A stretch of DNA of 64,000 nucleotides. Source: Candidatus Marinacidobacterium sp. (GTDB lineage Bacteria; Acidobacteriota; Vicinamibacteria; Marinacidobacterales; Marinacidobacteraceae). The stretch is from the NCBI GenBank assembly GCA_965204755.1, contig OZ242011.1, positions 320,001 through 384,000 of the forward strand, given 5' to 3'. Below are positions 9,245 through 17,795 of this stretch, one piece after another; the first letter of the stretch is position 1, and each line of letters opens with the position of its first letter. A model generated the notes under the pieces. That model was given only the letters and a program-made list of their open reading frames with translations, ran no database searches and had not been told where the DNA came from. The position numbers and the translations under genes were made by a program.

Positions 9245-10746
9245 CGCCCCGCTCCCGGCGGGCCGGCGGCCCCCGTCGGGTCCGTCTCGCCCGTCCCGCC
9301 GGTCCCGTCCGGCTCGCCGGCGCGTTCGAAGCCGCCGCCGAGGGCCAGGAAGAGGTTCACCCGGTTGTCGAGGCGGGCGCGGCGGCGCGAGAGGTGGGCG
9401 GCCTCCGCCAGCAGCGCCGCCCGCTCGGCGTCCAGCGCCTCCCCCCGGGAAGCGAGGCCGCTCCGCCGGAGGGCCTCCGTCCGCCGGAGCGCGCGCCGGC
9501 TCTCTTCGAGCGCGGCGGCGGCGCGGTCGGCGATTTCCGCGAGCGCCGACTCCGCCGCGAGCCCGGCCTCGACTTCCTGGTAGGCGGTGAGCGCCGCGTC
9601 GGCGTACTCCGCCAGCGCGGCGCGGTCGGCGGCCTCCTCCCGCCGGATCTCCGCCCGGAGGCGGCCGCCGTGGAAGATCGGCGCGGCGATCCCGGCGAGC
9701 AGACTCCAGACCGAGAAGTCCCCGTCCACCAGTCGGCGGAGCCCGGTGGTGGCCGTGCCCACGGCGCCGGTGAGCCGGAACTGCGGGTAGCGCGCCCTCC
9801 GGGCGATGGTCGTGAACTCCCGCGAGGCCGCCAGCCGCCGCTCGGCGCGGGCCACATCCGGCCGCCGCGCGATCAGGTCCGCCGGGACGCCGGCCGGCGC
9901 CGGGGCGATCTCCCCCGGGAGGCCGGCGTCGAGCGTCCAGCCGGGCCCCGGGGCGCCGTCGGGGTAGTCGGTCACCAGGACCTCGATGGCCCGGACCGCC
10001 GCCCCGAAGGCTTCCCGGCGGACCGCCGCTTCGGCCTGCGCCTCGGCGGCGCGCGCCTCGGCGGCGTCCACCGAGGCCAGCGGGACCTCGCCGATCCGCG
10101 CCCGCCGCCGCATCCAGCGCGCGGCCTCCTCCCGGTTCGCCGCCGCCGCCCCGGCGAGGCGGGCCCGCTCCCGGGATTCCACCGCGAGGAAGTAGAGCCG
10201 CGCCGCCTGCCCGGCGAGGGAGACGCGGGCGCCCGCCGCTTCCAGCACCGCCGCCTCGAACCCGGCGTTCGCCGCCCGCGCCCGGGGCGTGGCGGAGTTC
10301 CACAGGGCCGCCTCCCAGGACAGGTCGAGCGAGAGCCCGTAGGCCACATATTCGGTGGAGAGGACTTCGCCTTCGGCGAGGCCGGGGATCGGCAGGCCGA
10401 TGAAGTTCCGCCGCTCGGCCAGCCGGGACGCGCCGGCGTCGGCGCGCGGGAACAGCGCGCTCCGCGCGGCGCCGGCTTCCGCGGCGGCCTGCGCCAGCCG
10501 CGCCGCCGCCCGTTCGAGGTCGAGGTTGCGGGCCAGCGCGCGCTCCACCACCCGGTCGAGTTCCGGTTCCCCGAAGGAAGTCCACCAGTCGGCCGGGGCG
10601 GCGCCGGGGGTCTCCGGCGCCGCCGCCGGGCTCGGCTCCGCGGCGAAGTCCAGTTCCGGTTCACTGACCGGCGCCCGGAGCCCGCCGCAGCCGGCGGCCG
10701 CCGCCGTGACCGTTGCGACGGCGAGGGCCGTTCCCGCTGCTCGCAT
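9241..10746 (-). CDS. Efflux outer-membrane factor lipoprotein (NodT/OprM family)
   Basis: Lipobox AAGC, DWWTSFGEPELDR, PADLIARRPDV, LFLALGGG; first gene of the RND trio. Confidence 0.93.
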   Translation of the reverse strand: MRAAGTALAVATVTAAAAGCGGLRAPVSEPELDFAAEPSPAAAPETPGAAPADWWTSFGEPELDRVVERALARNLDLERAAARLAQAAAEAGAARSALFPRADAGASRLAERRNFIGLPIPGLAEGEVLSTEYVAYGLSLDLSWEAALWNSATPRARAANAGFEAAVLEAAGARVSLAGQAARLYFLAVESRERARLAGAAAANREEAARWMRRRARIGEVPLASVDAAEARAAEAQAEAAVRREAFGAAVRAIEVLVTDYPDGAPGPGWTLDAGLPGEIAPAPAGVPADLIARRPDVARAERRLAASREFTTIARRARYPQFRLTGAVGTATTGLRRLVDGDFSVWSLLAGIAAPIFHGGRLRAEIRREEAADRAALAEYADAALTAYQEVEAGLAAESALAEIADRAAAALEESRRALRRTEALRRSGLASRGEALDAERAALLAEAAHLSRRRARLDNRVNLFLALGGGFERAGEPDGTGGTGETDPTGAAGPPGAGR

Positions 10747-10796
10747 ATCGCGTCGGCGGAGTGTAGTAACCGGGGGCCGCCGGCGGCGCGCTCGCG

Positions 10797-10875
10797 CGCG
10801 CCGGTTTCAGGAACGGAGGCTCAGGCCGACTCGGCCCCGAGGGGCGTCCCCGAGATGGCGCCATCGAAGATCGAA
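10797..10875. repeat. Degenerate copy of the TonB-receptor 3' end (partner at 12444-12531)
   Basis: cgcgccggtttcagRaacggaggctcaggccgac matches 33/34 between the copies and continues with ...gtccccga...gatggYgccRtcgaag. Confidence 0.85.
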
Positions 10876-12284
10876 GGCCCCGGCCGTCGCCGCGCCGCTC
10901 CGGTACCGGTTCTGTCGCTCCCGCGTCCCGTAACCGTCACGGACGCGCTTCCCCGCCGGAGCCCCCTTCCCCCGGCGCCGCGCCGTCCGGCCGTCGCGCG
11001 TCCGCACGGCGGCGGATGCTCCTCCAGATATCGCCAAAGGGCCTCCGCGACCCAGCGGTGACCCGTCGGCGTCCAGTGCCCGTCGTAGGGAAACCTCGCG
11101 TTCCGCGGATCCCCCCGGATACTGCTGATGTACTCGCGCTGTCCGATGACCGGGATTCCACGCTCGTCGGCCATGGCCCGTATGGCGGCGTCCCCGCGAG
11201 CGGCGAAACTCTCGTGCAGGAGGAGCACGAGTCGAAACCGGTCGCGCGCCGCCCGCGCAGCGAACTCGTCCAGCGCGAAGGCGGTCATCTCGAGCGCCTC
11301 CGCGAACACCGGCGGAAGGCTGCTCGCCGCCCTCGGCGCGTCGGTGATGCCGAGGACGAGGTTCCCCCACCCCAGGCGCGCGGGAGGCCGCCAACCGCGC
11401 AGCGCCGGCGCCGAGTCGGCCAGCCGCCGCCACCGCCGCCGCGACGACCAAAGGGCTTCGCGCGACAGGAAACGGCCGACGAGCGCGGTGGTTTCCCGTT
11501 CCAGGCGGCCCCACAGGTACGACTCCGAGCGCAGTTGCGCGAGGCGCCCGCCCGAGCGCCGACGCGAGGAGCGGATCCACTCGCGCGCCGCGGGGGAGGA
11601 TTCGTCAGGCAGCCGCAGCCGGACGCGTCCTTCGAGGTCCCGTTCGGCGGTCGCGTACAACTCGGCCGCCGGCGGGCCGTAGAGCACTTCCCACAGCGCG
11701 CCGGAGTTGGCCTCGTAGTCGTTCGGCGAGGCTACGAGCACGACCACCCTCGGCCGCAGCGGCCGGACGAAGGCGTCGTAGATCGGGATCTGCTGGACCT
11801 GCCCGGTTCCCGACCGCCCGAACGCCGAAGTGCTGATCTTCAAGTCCGCCCGCTCCCGCGCCGCGAGAGCCTCCAGTCGGACCTGGGACTTCCCGGACAC
11901 CTCCACTTCCGCCGCCTCGACATAGGAATCCCCGATCAGCGTGATGTGGCAACTCGGCGCGGCCGGCCCCGGCGTTGCCGGTTCCCGGTCGAGGAATCCG
12001 AGGCCGTTCGTTCTCGAGATCGTCCAGAACTCCCGGAGGTTCGTCCACCGCACTTCTTCGTTCGGTTCCAGCAGGACGCCCACTCCCGGAACGAACCGCA
12101 AGGGATACCGATGGCCGCTGAACGGTTGCGACCGGCGCAGCCATACCTCGCCGGCGATCCCCACCGCGCCCAGGCCGACGAACAGGAACAGCGCGTTCAC
12201 CCGCAGGACCCGCCAGCCGCGCCGGCGCCGGCCGCTCGGTGACCCGGATCTTCGGGAGCCCCCCCCCCCCCCTCTTATGGTCAT
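10821..12284 (-). CDS. Membrane-anchored SGNH/GDSL-fold protein, paralogue B
   Basis: IGDSYVEA, SPND, DGHWT; long identical stretches with paralogue A (EEVRWTNLR, QQIPxYDAFVRP, PTGHRWVAEA). ATG at 12284 is inferred. Confidence 0.75.
   Translation of the reverse strand: MTIRGGGGGSRRSGSPSGRRRRGWRVLRVNALFLFVGLGAVGIAGEVWLRRSQPFSGHRYPLRFVPGVGVLLEPNEEVRWTNLREFWTISRTNGLGFLDREPATPGPAAPSCHITLIGDSYVEAAEVEVSGKSQVRLEALAARERADLKISTSAFGRSGTGQVQQIPIYDAFVRPLRPRVVVLVASPNDYEANSGALWEVLYGPPAAELYATAERDLEGRVRLRLPDESSPAAREWIRSSRRRSGGRLAQLRSESYLWGRLERETTALVGRFLSREALWSSRRRWRRLADSAPALRGWRPPARLGWGNLVLGITDAPRAASSLPPVFAEALEMTAFALDEFAARAARDRFRLVLLLHESFAARGDAAIRAMADERGIPVIGQREYISSIRGDPRNARFPYDGHWTPTGHRWVAEALWRYLEEHPPPCGRATAGRRGAGGRGLRRGSASVTVTGRGSDRTGTGAARRRPGPSIFDGAISGTPLGAESA
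12259..12272. repeat. G14 homopolymer (coding strand) at codons 5-9 of SGNH paralogue B
   Basis: 14 consecutive C on the + strand. Confidence 0.95.
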
Positions 12285-12453
12285 CGCCCGGCCGAGGGCC
12301 GCGGGGCGGGCGGGACCGGGAATACCGGGAATACCGGGAATACCGGGGACACCGGGATCACCCGGGGCACCGGGATCACCCTTCCGCCGGACTCCGCGAT
12401 ACCGCGGGCGGTTGGCGGAGTGCGGCAACCGCGGGCGGCGCGCCGCGCCGGTT

Positions 12454-15400
12454 TCAGAAACGGAGGCTCAGGCCGACCTGGCCCCGGCGGGTGTCCCCGA
12501 GGCCGCTGCGGATGGTGCCGTCGAAGTTGAACAGGAGCGAGCCGACGGCGCTGTCGATGAAGTTGTCGGCGTTCGTCAGGTTGAAGACTTCGAGGACCGG
12601 CTCGACCACGAGGCCGGCGCCGACCGTGAACCGGCGCGAGGCCCGGAGGTCCCAGGAGAAGAAGGCGTTGTCCCGGCGGAGCGTGTTCCGTTCGAGGATC
12701 GAGCCGTCCGCGCAGCGGCGGTCGGTCGGCTGCGCCGCGCGCTCGCCCCGGCGGTCGCACCGCTCGGAAACCGGCGACGCCGAAAGGAACCTCACCACAT
12801 TGTTCAGCAGCACTTCCCCGGGCAGCCGGAGCAGCAGGTAACCGCTGAACTGGTGGCGCCGGTCGCGGTCCGACCAGCCGTACTCCGGGCCGAGGTCGGC
12901 GGCGCTGGCGTAGCGGAAGGTGAAGGGGTCGCGCTCGTTGTCGTCGTCGGAGCGGTCCTGCGCCAGGGTGTAGTGCGCCTCGAACGAGAGGAGCCGGCCG
13001 GGGGCGTCCGCGCCCCGGCGGAGGCCGACGGTGAGCGCCCGGTACCGGGAGCGGGCGCTGCTCTCCGCCACGGTCAGCGCGCCGATCCCCCCGCCGCCCG
13101 GATGCGTGCCGATCCCGAACGGTGAGCCGAGTTCCGGGTCGTTGCGGTTCACGAACCGGAAGAGTTGGTCGGTGCGCGCGTAGAGCGCCGAGACCGACGC
13201 CGTGACGCCCTCCCCGAGGACGCGCTCGACGCCGAGGCTGAAACTCCAGGTGCGCGGCAGTTCCAGGTCGCGGTCCGCCACCTGGATGTCCGGCAGGAAC
13301 GGGTGTTCGCGGGAGGCGTCTATCTGCTCCTCGATCGCCGGGACCGGCCCGATCCCCGGCGAAGCGCTCGCGCGGAAGAGCGTCTGCTGGAACGCGCCGT
13401 TCGTGGTGCGGTGGCCGGCGAACACCAGACTCGGGATCCGCGCCGCGTACGACCCGGCGTTCGCCCGCACCAGGGTGAGGCCGTCGCCGGCCGGATCCCA
13501 ACTGAGCCCCATTCGCGGTTGGAAGTTGTCGAGGTCGTCGGGTATCCGGCCGTTCGAAGGGAACGCCGGGTGGTCGAGGTAGGGCGCGAAGAAGGTGTCC
13601 TCGGGTTCGACGAACACTTCGGGGTTCCAGGCGCCCTCCCAGCGGAGGCCGAGGTCCAGCGTCATCGTTTCGCTCGGGTGCCAGGTGTCCTGGAGGAACA
13701 CGCCGAGTTCGGTCGTCCGGATCCGCTGCCGGCCGAGATCGCCGGGGGGTATGCCGGGGACGGTGGCGGACTGCAGGAACAGGAGCACCGGCCCGGTGAT
13801 CTCCGCTCCGGCGGGGCAGGCGCCGACGGAACTCGTGGAGCCGTCGGAACAGGAAACGAAACCGCTGCCGTGCGTGGCGAATCCGATGAAACCGTCCACC
13901 GAGTCGAAGATGTACCGGCCGTTGGCGAAACCCAGGAACCGCTGTTCGACCGCGGTGCGGTTGAACTCGACGCCCGCCTTGAACAGGTGGTCGCCGGCGG
14001 CGTAGGAAAGGGTGTCCACCACCTGCAGCCGCGTGTCGTAACCGGGGTCTATGGGCAGGAAGAACGGCAGCCCGATGCGGAAGCCGTCCGCGAAGTCCAT
14101 CCCGATGTCCGGGAACGGCCGGCCGCCGAGTTCCGCCAGCGCCGGCGCGGCGGGAGGGGCGGCGTCCGGGAGCAGCGGCCCCCGGTACTGGCGCGGGCGG
14201 TCCTCGCGCGCCCACTGGAAGCGGAGTTCGTTGAAGGCCGCGTTGCCGAACTGCGAGCGCAGGTTCGCGTTCCCGGCGTGGGAGAAGCCGCGTTCGATCC
14301 CGTTCGCCGAAGCCCCCCACGAATCCACATCGAAGGTGCCGTTCACCTGCTCCGACCAGGTGTAGTTGTATTTGGCGGAGAGTTGGTGGCGGCCGTCCAG
14401 CGTGAAGTCCGCCTTGGCGAGCAGCGAACGGGCGTCGTCGGTGCGGCGCACCGGCCCGAACTCGTCGGCGAAGAGCCCCGGCCATCTCGACTGCAGGAAG
14501 GCGTCGAGTTTCGCCAACTCCGCGGGGTTCGCCACGATCCGCTCCTGCTGTTTGGTCTCCGCCGCCGCCTGCTGGTCGTAGGCGAGGAAGAAGAACGCGC
14601 GGTCCCTCGCCAGCGGGCCGCCGAGGGTCGCGCCGGCCTGCTGCCGGCCGAAGTCCGGTTTGCCGCCGCCGCGCGAAGCCGGGAACGGGGCGGCGATCTC
14701 GTCCCACTGGCCGAAGTAGTGGGCCGAGCCGGCGAAGCGGTTCGTCCCCGACTTCGTGACCACATTCACGAAGCCGCCGGAGGAGCGGCCGAACTCCGCG
14801 GTGGCGCCCTGGCTCACCACCACCAGTTCGGCGATCGCGTCCTGGTTGAAGGTGAACGCCGCCCGCTGGCCGCCGCGCTGCTCGCCGAAGAACGGGTTGT
14901 TGAAGTCGGCGCCGTCCACGATGAAGTTGTTGAAGATGCCGCGCTGGCCGCTGATGTTGAGTTCGTCCCCGTCCGGCCCCTGCGAGATCGCGGTCCCCGG
15001 GGTCAGCAGGGTCAGGTCGAGGAAGTTGCGCCCGTTGCTCGGCAGCGAGTCCACCACTTCTTCGCTCATTCGCTGGGAGCGCGTCACATCCTCGGCGTGG
15101 AGTTCCTCCGGCAGTTGGCTGAAGACGGTGACCGTTTCGGCGGCCACCACCCGCAGCAGGACCTCGATGTCCAGCGTCTGCCCCACCCGCAGCCGCGCGC
15201 CTTCGATCCGCTCCCGGCCGAAACCGGCGGCCGGCGGCGTTACCGTGAGGTCGTACACCCCCGGGGGGAGCAGGGTGCGGTGGAAGGTCCCGCTGCCGGA
15301 GGTTTCCACGCTGGTCGCGAGGTCGGTGTCCCGGTGGCGGATCTCCACCAGCGCGCCGGCGACCGGCTGCCCGCTCGGGTCGCGGACCGCGCCGTGGATG

Positions 15401-15543
15401 ACGCCGGTGGTCGTTCCCGCCTGCGCGGCCGCTTCGGTGGGGACGAAAGCAACCAGCGCGGTGACGGCGACGACGACGGCGACGACGGCGGGGGCGGCGG
15501 CGGGGGCGGCGGCGGGGGCGAGCGCCGCCCGAACGGGAGCCAC
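12454..15543 (-). CDS. TonB-dependent receptor, Oar-type with N-terminal carboxypeptidase-regulatory-like domain
   Basis: Signal peptide, IHGAVRDPSG, LPSNGRNFLDLTLLTPG, AEFGRSSGGFVNVVTKSGTN, C-terminal Phe (GLSLRF). Confidence 0.95.
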   Translation of the reverse strand: MAPVRAALAPAAAPAAAPAVVAVVVAVTALVAFVPTEAAAQAGTTTGVIHGAVRDPSGQPVAGALVEIRHRDTDLATSVETSGSGTFHRTLLPPGVYDLTVTPPAAGFGRERIEGARLRVGQTLDIEVLLRVVAAETVTVFSQLPEELHAEDVTRSQRMSEEVVDSLPSNGRNFLDLTLLTPGTAISQGPDGDELNISGQRGIFNNFIVDGADFNNPFFGEQRGGQRAAFTFNQDAIAELVVVSQGATAEFGRSSGGFVNVVTKSGTNRFAGSAHYFGQWDEIAAPFPASRGGGKPDFGRQQAGATLGGPLARDRAFFFLAYDQQAAAETKQQERIVANPAELAKLDAFLQSRWPGLFADEFGPVRRTDDARSLLAKADFTLDGRHQLSAKYNYTWSEQVNGTFDVDSWGASANGIERGFSHAGNANLRSQFGNAAFNELRFQWAREDRPRQYRGPLLPDAAPPAAPALAELGGRPFPDIGMDFADGFRIGLPFFLPIDPGYDTRLQVVDTLSYAAGDHLFKAGVEFNRTAVEQRFLGFANGRYIFDSVDGFIGFATHGSGFVSCSDGSTSSVGACPAGAEITGPVLLFLQSATVPGIPPGDLGRQRIRTTELGVFLQDTWHPSETMTLDLGLRWEGAWNPEVFVEPEDTFFAPYLDHPAFPSNGRIPDDLDNFQPRMGLSWDPAGDGLTLVRANAGSYAARIPSLVFAGHRTTNGAFQQTLFRASASPGIGPVPAIEEQIDASREHPFLPDIQVADRDLELPRTWSFSLGVERVLGEGVTASVSALYARTDQLFRFVNRNDPELGSPFGIGTHPGGGGIGALTVAESSARSRYRALTVGLRRGADAPGRLLSFEAHYTLAQDRSDDDNERDPFTFRYASAADLGPEYGWSDRDRRHQFSGYLLLRLPGEVLLNNVVRFLSASPVSERCDRRGERAAQPTDRRCADGSILERNTLRRDNAFFSWDLRASRRFTVGAGLVVEPVLEVFNLTNADNFIDSAVGSLLFNFDGTIRSGLGDTRRGQVGLSLRF

Positions 15544-15594
15544 TTCAGGCCGCAGTCGAGTTCGGGCGACGCCGTTTATCGCGCCGGACTGCCG

Positions 15595-17688
15595 TTACTT
15601 CCCGGCTTCGGGAAGCGCCAGCGCGACATAGGACTCGGGCACCCGTCCGCGCTGCCCGGTCTGCACCACGATGAACTGCCGGCCTTCGTGGAGGTAGGTC
15701 ATCATCCCGTACATCCCCGGCGCCGGAAGTTTCAAACTGCCCACCTTCTCGCCGGTCTTCTTGTCGTGGGCGTTCAACACCGGCGGCCCGGCCATTCCCT
15801 CGGTCGTGAGCAGCAGGTCGCCGCTGACCATCAGGATCGCCCGGCCCTGCCCGCCGACCCCGGTGAGGTCCACGCCTTCGAGCGCCGGATGGTTCTTGAT
15901 CCGGTCGTTCGGCTCGCCCACCGGCTTCCACCAGAGATGCTCGCCGGTGTTCATGTCGATCGCGGTGACCCGGCTGTACGGCGGCTTGTAGATCGGCAGC
16001 CCCTGCGGCCCCGGAACGCCGATGGTGCGGAAGTTCACCCAGTCGGAAACGGTTTCGCCGATGGTCGTGCACTTGCCGCCCGGCGAAGTGCAGTCGTGCT
16101 CCGGTTGGTCGGCGTCCACGCCCGGCTGCACCATGCGGCCCGAACAGGACGGCCCGGAGGACTGGTAGAGGATCCCGGTGGTCGGGTCGAGCGCCGCCGG
16201 GTGGGTGATGTTCACGCCGGCGGTGCTCCCGCAGGCGATCCACCCCTTGTTCTCGTCATACCCCTTCGGGACGGGAGGCATGTACGGCCCGCCGATCCGG
16301 TACTGGCCGGTGATCTCGAGCGCCTCCTGGTGGAGTTCGGGGGTATAGGCGATCAGGTTCTCCGGGGAGAGGTCGAGCGGCTCGAGCGGCTCGGGAACCG
16401 TCGGCCAGGGCTGGGTTTCGGCGAGTTTCTCGCCGGGCACGATGGACTCGGGCGCTTCGCGTTCCTCGATGGGCCAGACCGGCTCGCCGGTGTCCCGGTG
16501 GAAGGCGAAGGTGAACCCCTGTTTCGTGGTCTGGATCGCCATCGGCACGGACTCGCCGTCCACGGTTACATCCGCCAGGATCGGGACATTGGGGAGGTCG
16601 TAGTTCCAGATGGGGTGGTGCGTCGTCTGGAAGTGCCAGACCCGTTCGCCGGTGTCGGCGTCGAGCGCGATGACGCTGGTGCCGAACAGGTTGTCCCCCG
16701 GACGGAATCCGCCGTAGAAGTCGATCGTCGGCGCGTTCGTCGGGATGTACACGATCCCGCGGTCGAGGTCGGCGGAGAGCGGCGCCCACGACGAAACATC
16801 CCCGGTCCACCGCCAGGCGTCGTTCTCCCAGGTGTCCATCCCGAACTCCTCTTCGGAGCGGGGAATCACATGGAACTTCCACTTGTGTTCGCCGGTCTTC
16901 GCGTCGTAGCCGAGGATGTCGCCGGGGATGTTCTCGATGCGGGTCTGGTGGTAACCCTGCGCGTGCGAGTTGCCGACGACCACGGTCCCGTTCACCACGA
17001 TGGGCGGCGAGGAACTGGTGATGTATCCGACCGTCGGCGGAAGCCCCTCGTAGGGATCGTAGTTGTGGCCGAAGTCGGCGAGCAGGTCCACCACGCCGGT
17101 CTTCGGGAAACCGGGAATGTCCACCGGCTTCCCGAAACCCTCGAGGTGGTCGCCGGTGAGGCCGTCGAGGGCGTGGAGGAAGAACGCCGGGCTGATCACA
17201 TAGATGACGAGGCGGCCGTCCACCATCGCGTGCCCCACGCCCTTGCCGTAACTGGAGCGCATGGACTCTTCCCAGCGGCGGGTGGCGGGTTCGCGGTAGG
17301 TCCAGACCGTTTCGCCGGTCGCCGGATCCATGGCGACCACCGTCCGCCGGTAGCCGACGACGGTGTAGAGCAGTCCGCCGATGTAACTCGGCGTGGACTT
17401 GGAGAGGAAACTGGGTTTCGGCCCGTAGTTGTCGCCGCGCCACATCCAGGCGATTTCCAGGTCCTCGAAGTTCCCCGCGTCCACCTGGTCGAGCGTCGAG
17501 GAGCGCGTGCCCCAGGCGTCGCCGCTCTGGTACCGCCACTCGCCTTCCGGGTTGCCCCGGTCCTGGGCGGACGCGGCCGGCGCGAACGCGCCCGCGGACA
17601 GCCCGAGGAAGAGGAGCGCGGCGGCGGCGGAGGCGAAGGACCGCCGGGAGGCCGTCCGGGCCGGAAACAACATCGGGGGGATCGTCAT
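15595..17688 (-). CDS. Periplasmic PQQ-dependent dehydrogenase (quinoprotein glucose dehydrogenase-like beta-propeller)
   Basis: C-terminal 697 aa of ORF 15595..21639: signal peptide, GEWRY..GD, ALDADTGERVWHFQTTHHPIWNYD, KPPYSRVTAIDMNTGEHLW. Confidence 0.9.
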   Translation of the reverse strand: MTIPPMLFPARTASRRSFASAAAALLFLGLSAGAFAPAASAQDRGNPEGEWRYQSGDAWGTRSSTLDQVDAGNFEDLEIAWMWRGDNYGPKPSFLSKSTPSYIGGLLYTVVGYRRTVVAMDPATGETVWTYREPATRRWEESMRSSYGKGVGHAMVDGRLVIYVISPAFFLHALDGLTGDHLEGFGKPVDIPGFPKTGVVDLLADFGHNYDPYEGLPPTVGYITSSSPPIVVNGTVVVGNSHAQGYHQTRIENIPGDILGYDAKTGEHKWKFHVIPRSEEEFGMDTWENDAWRWTGDVSSWAPLSADLDRGIVYIPTNAPTIDFYGGFRPGDNLFGTSVIALDADTGERVWHFQTTHHPIWNYDLPNVPILADVTVDGESVPMAIQTTKQGFTFAFHRDTGEPVWPIEEREAPESIVPGEKLAETQPWPTVPEPLEPLDLSPENLIAYTPELHQEALEITGQYRIGGPYMPPVPKGYDENKGWIACGSTAGVNITHPAALDPTTGILYQSSGPSCSGRMVQPGVDADQPEHDCTSPGGKCTTIGETVSDWVNFRTIGVPGPQGLPIYKPPYSRVTAIDMNTGEHLWWKPVGEPNDRIKNHPALEGVDLTGVGGQGRAILMVSGDLLLTTEGMAGPPVLNAHDKKTGEKVGSLKLPAPGMYGMMTYLHEGRQFIVVQTGQRGRVPESYVALALPEAGK

Positions 17689-17795
17689 CGGGAAGGTCCT
17701 CTCTCGCGCGGGCCGCCCGCCTCCCCCGCGGAGGGCGGCGGCGGGCGGCGAGCGCGGAATCCTACCGCCCGGCGCCCCGGCCGAGCCGTCCGGGC

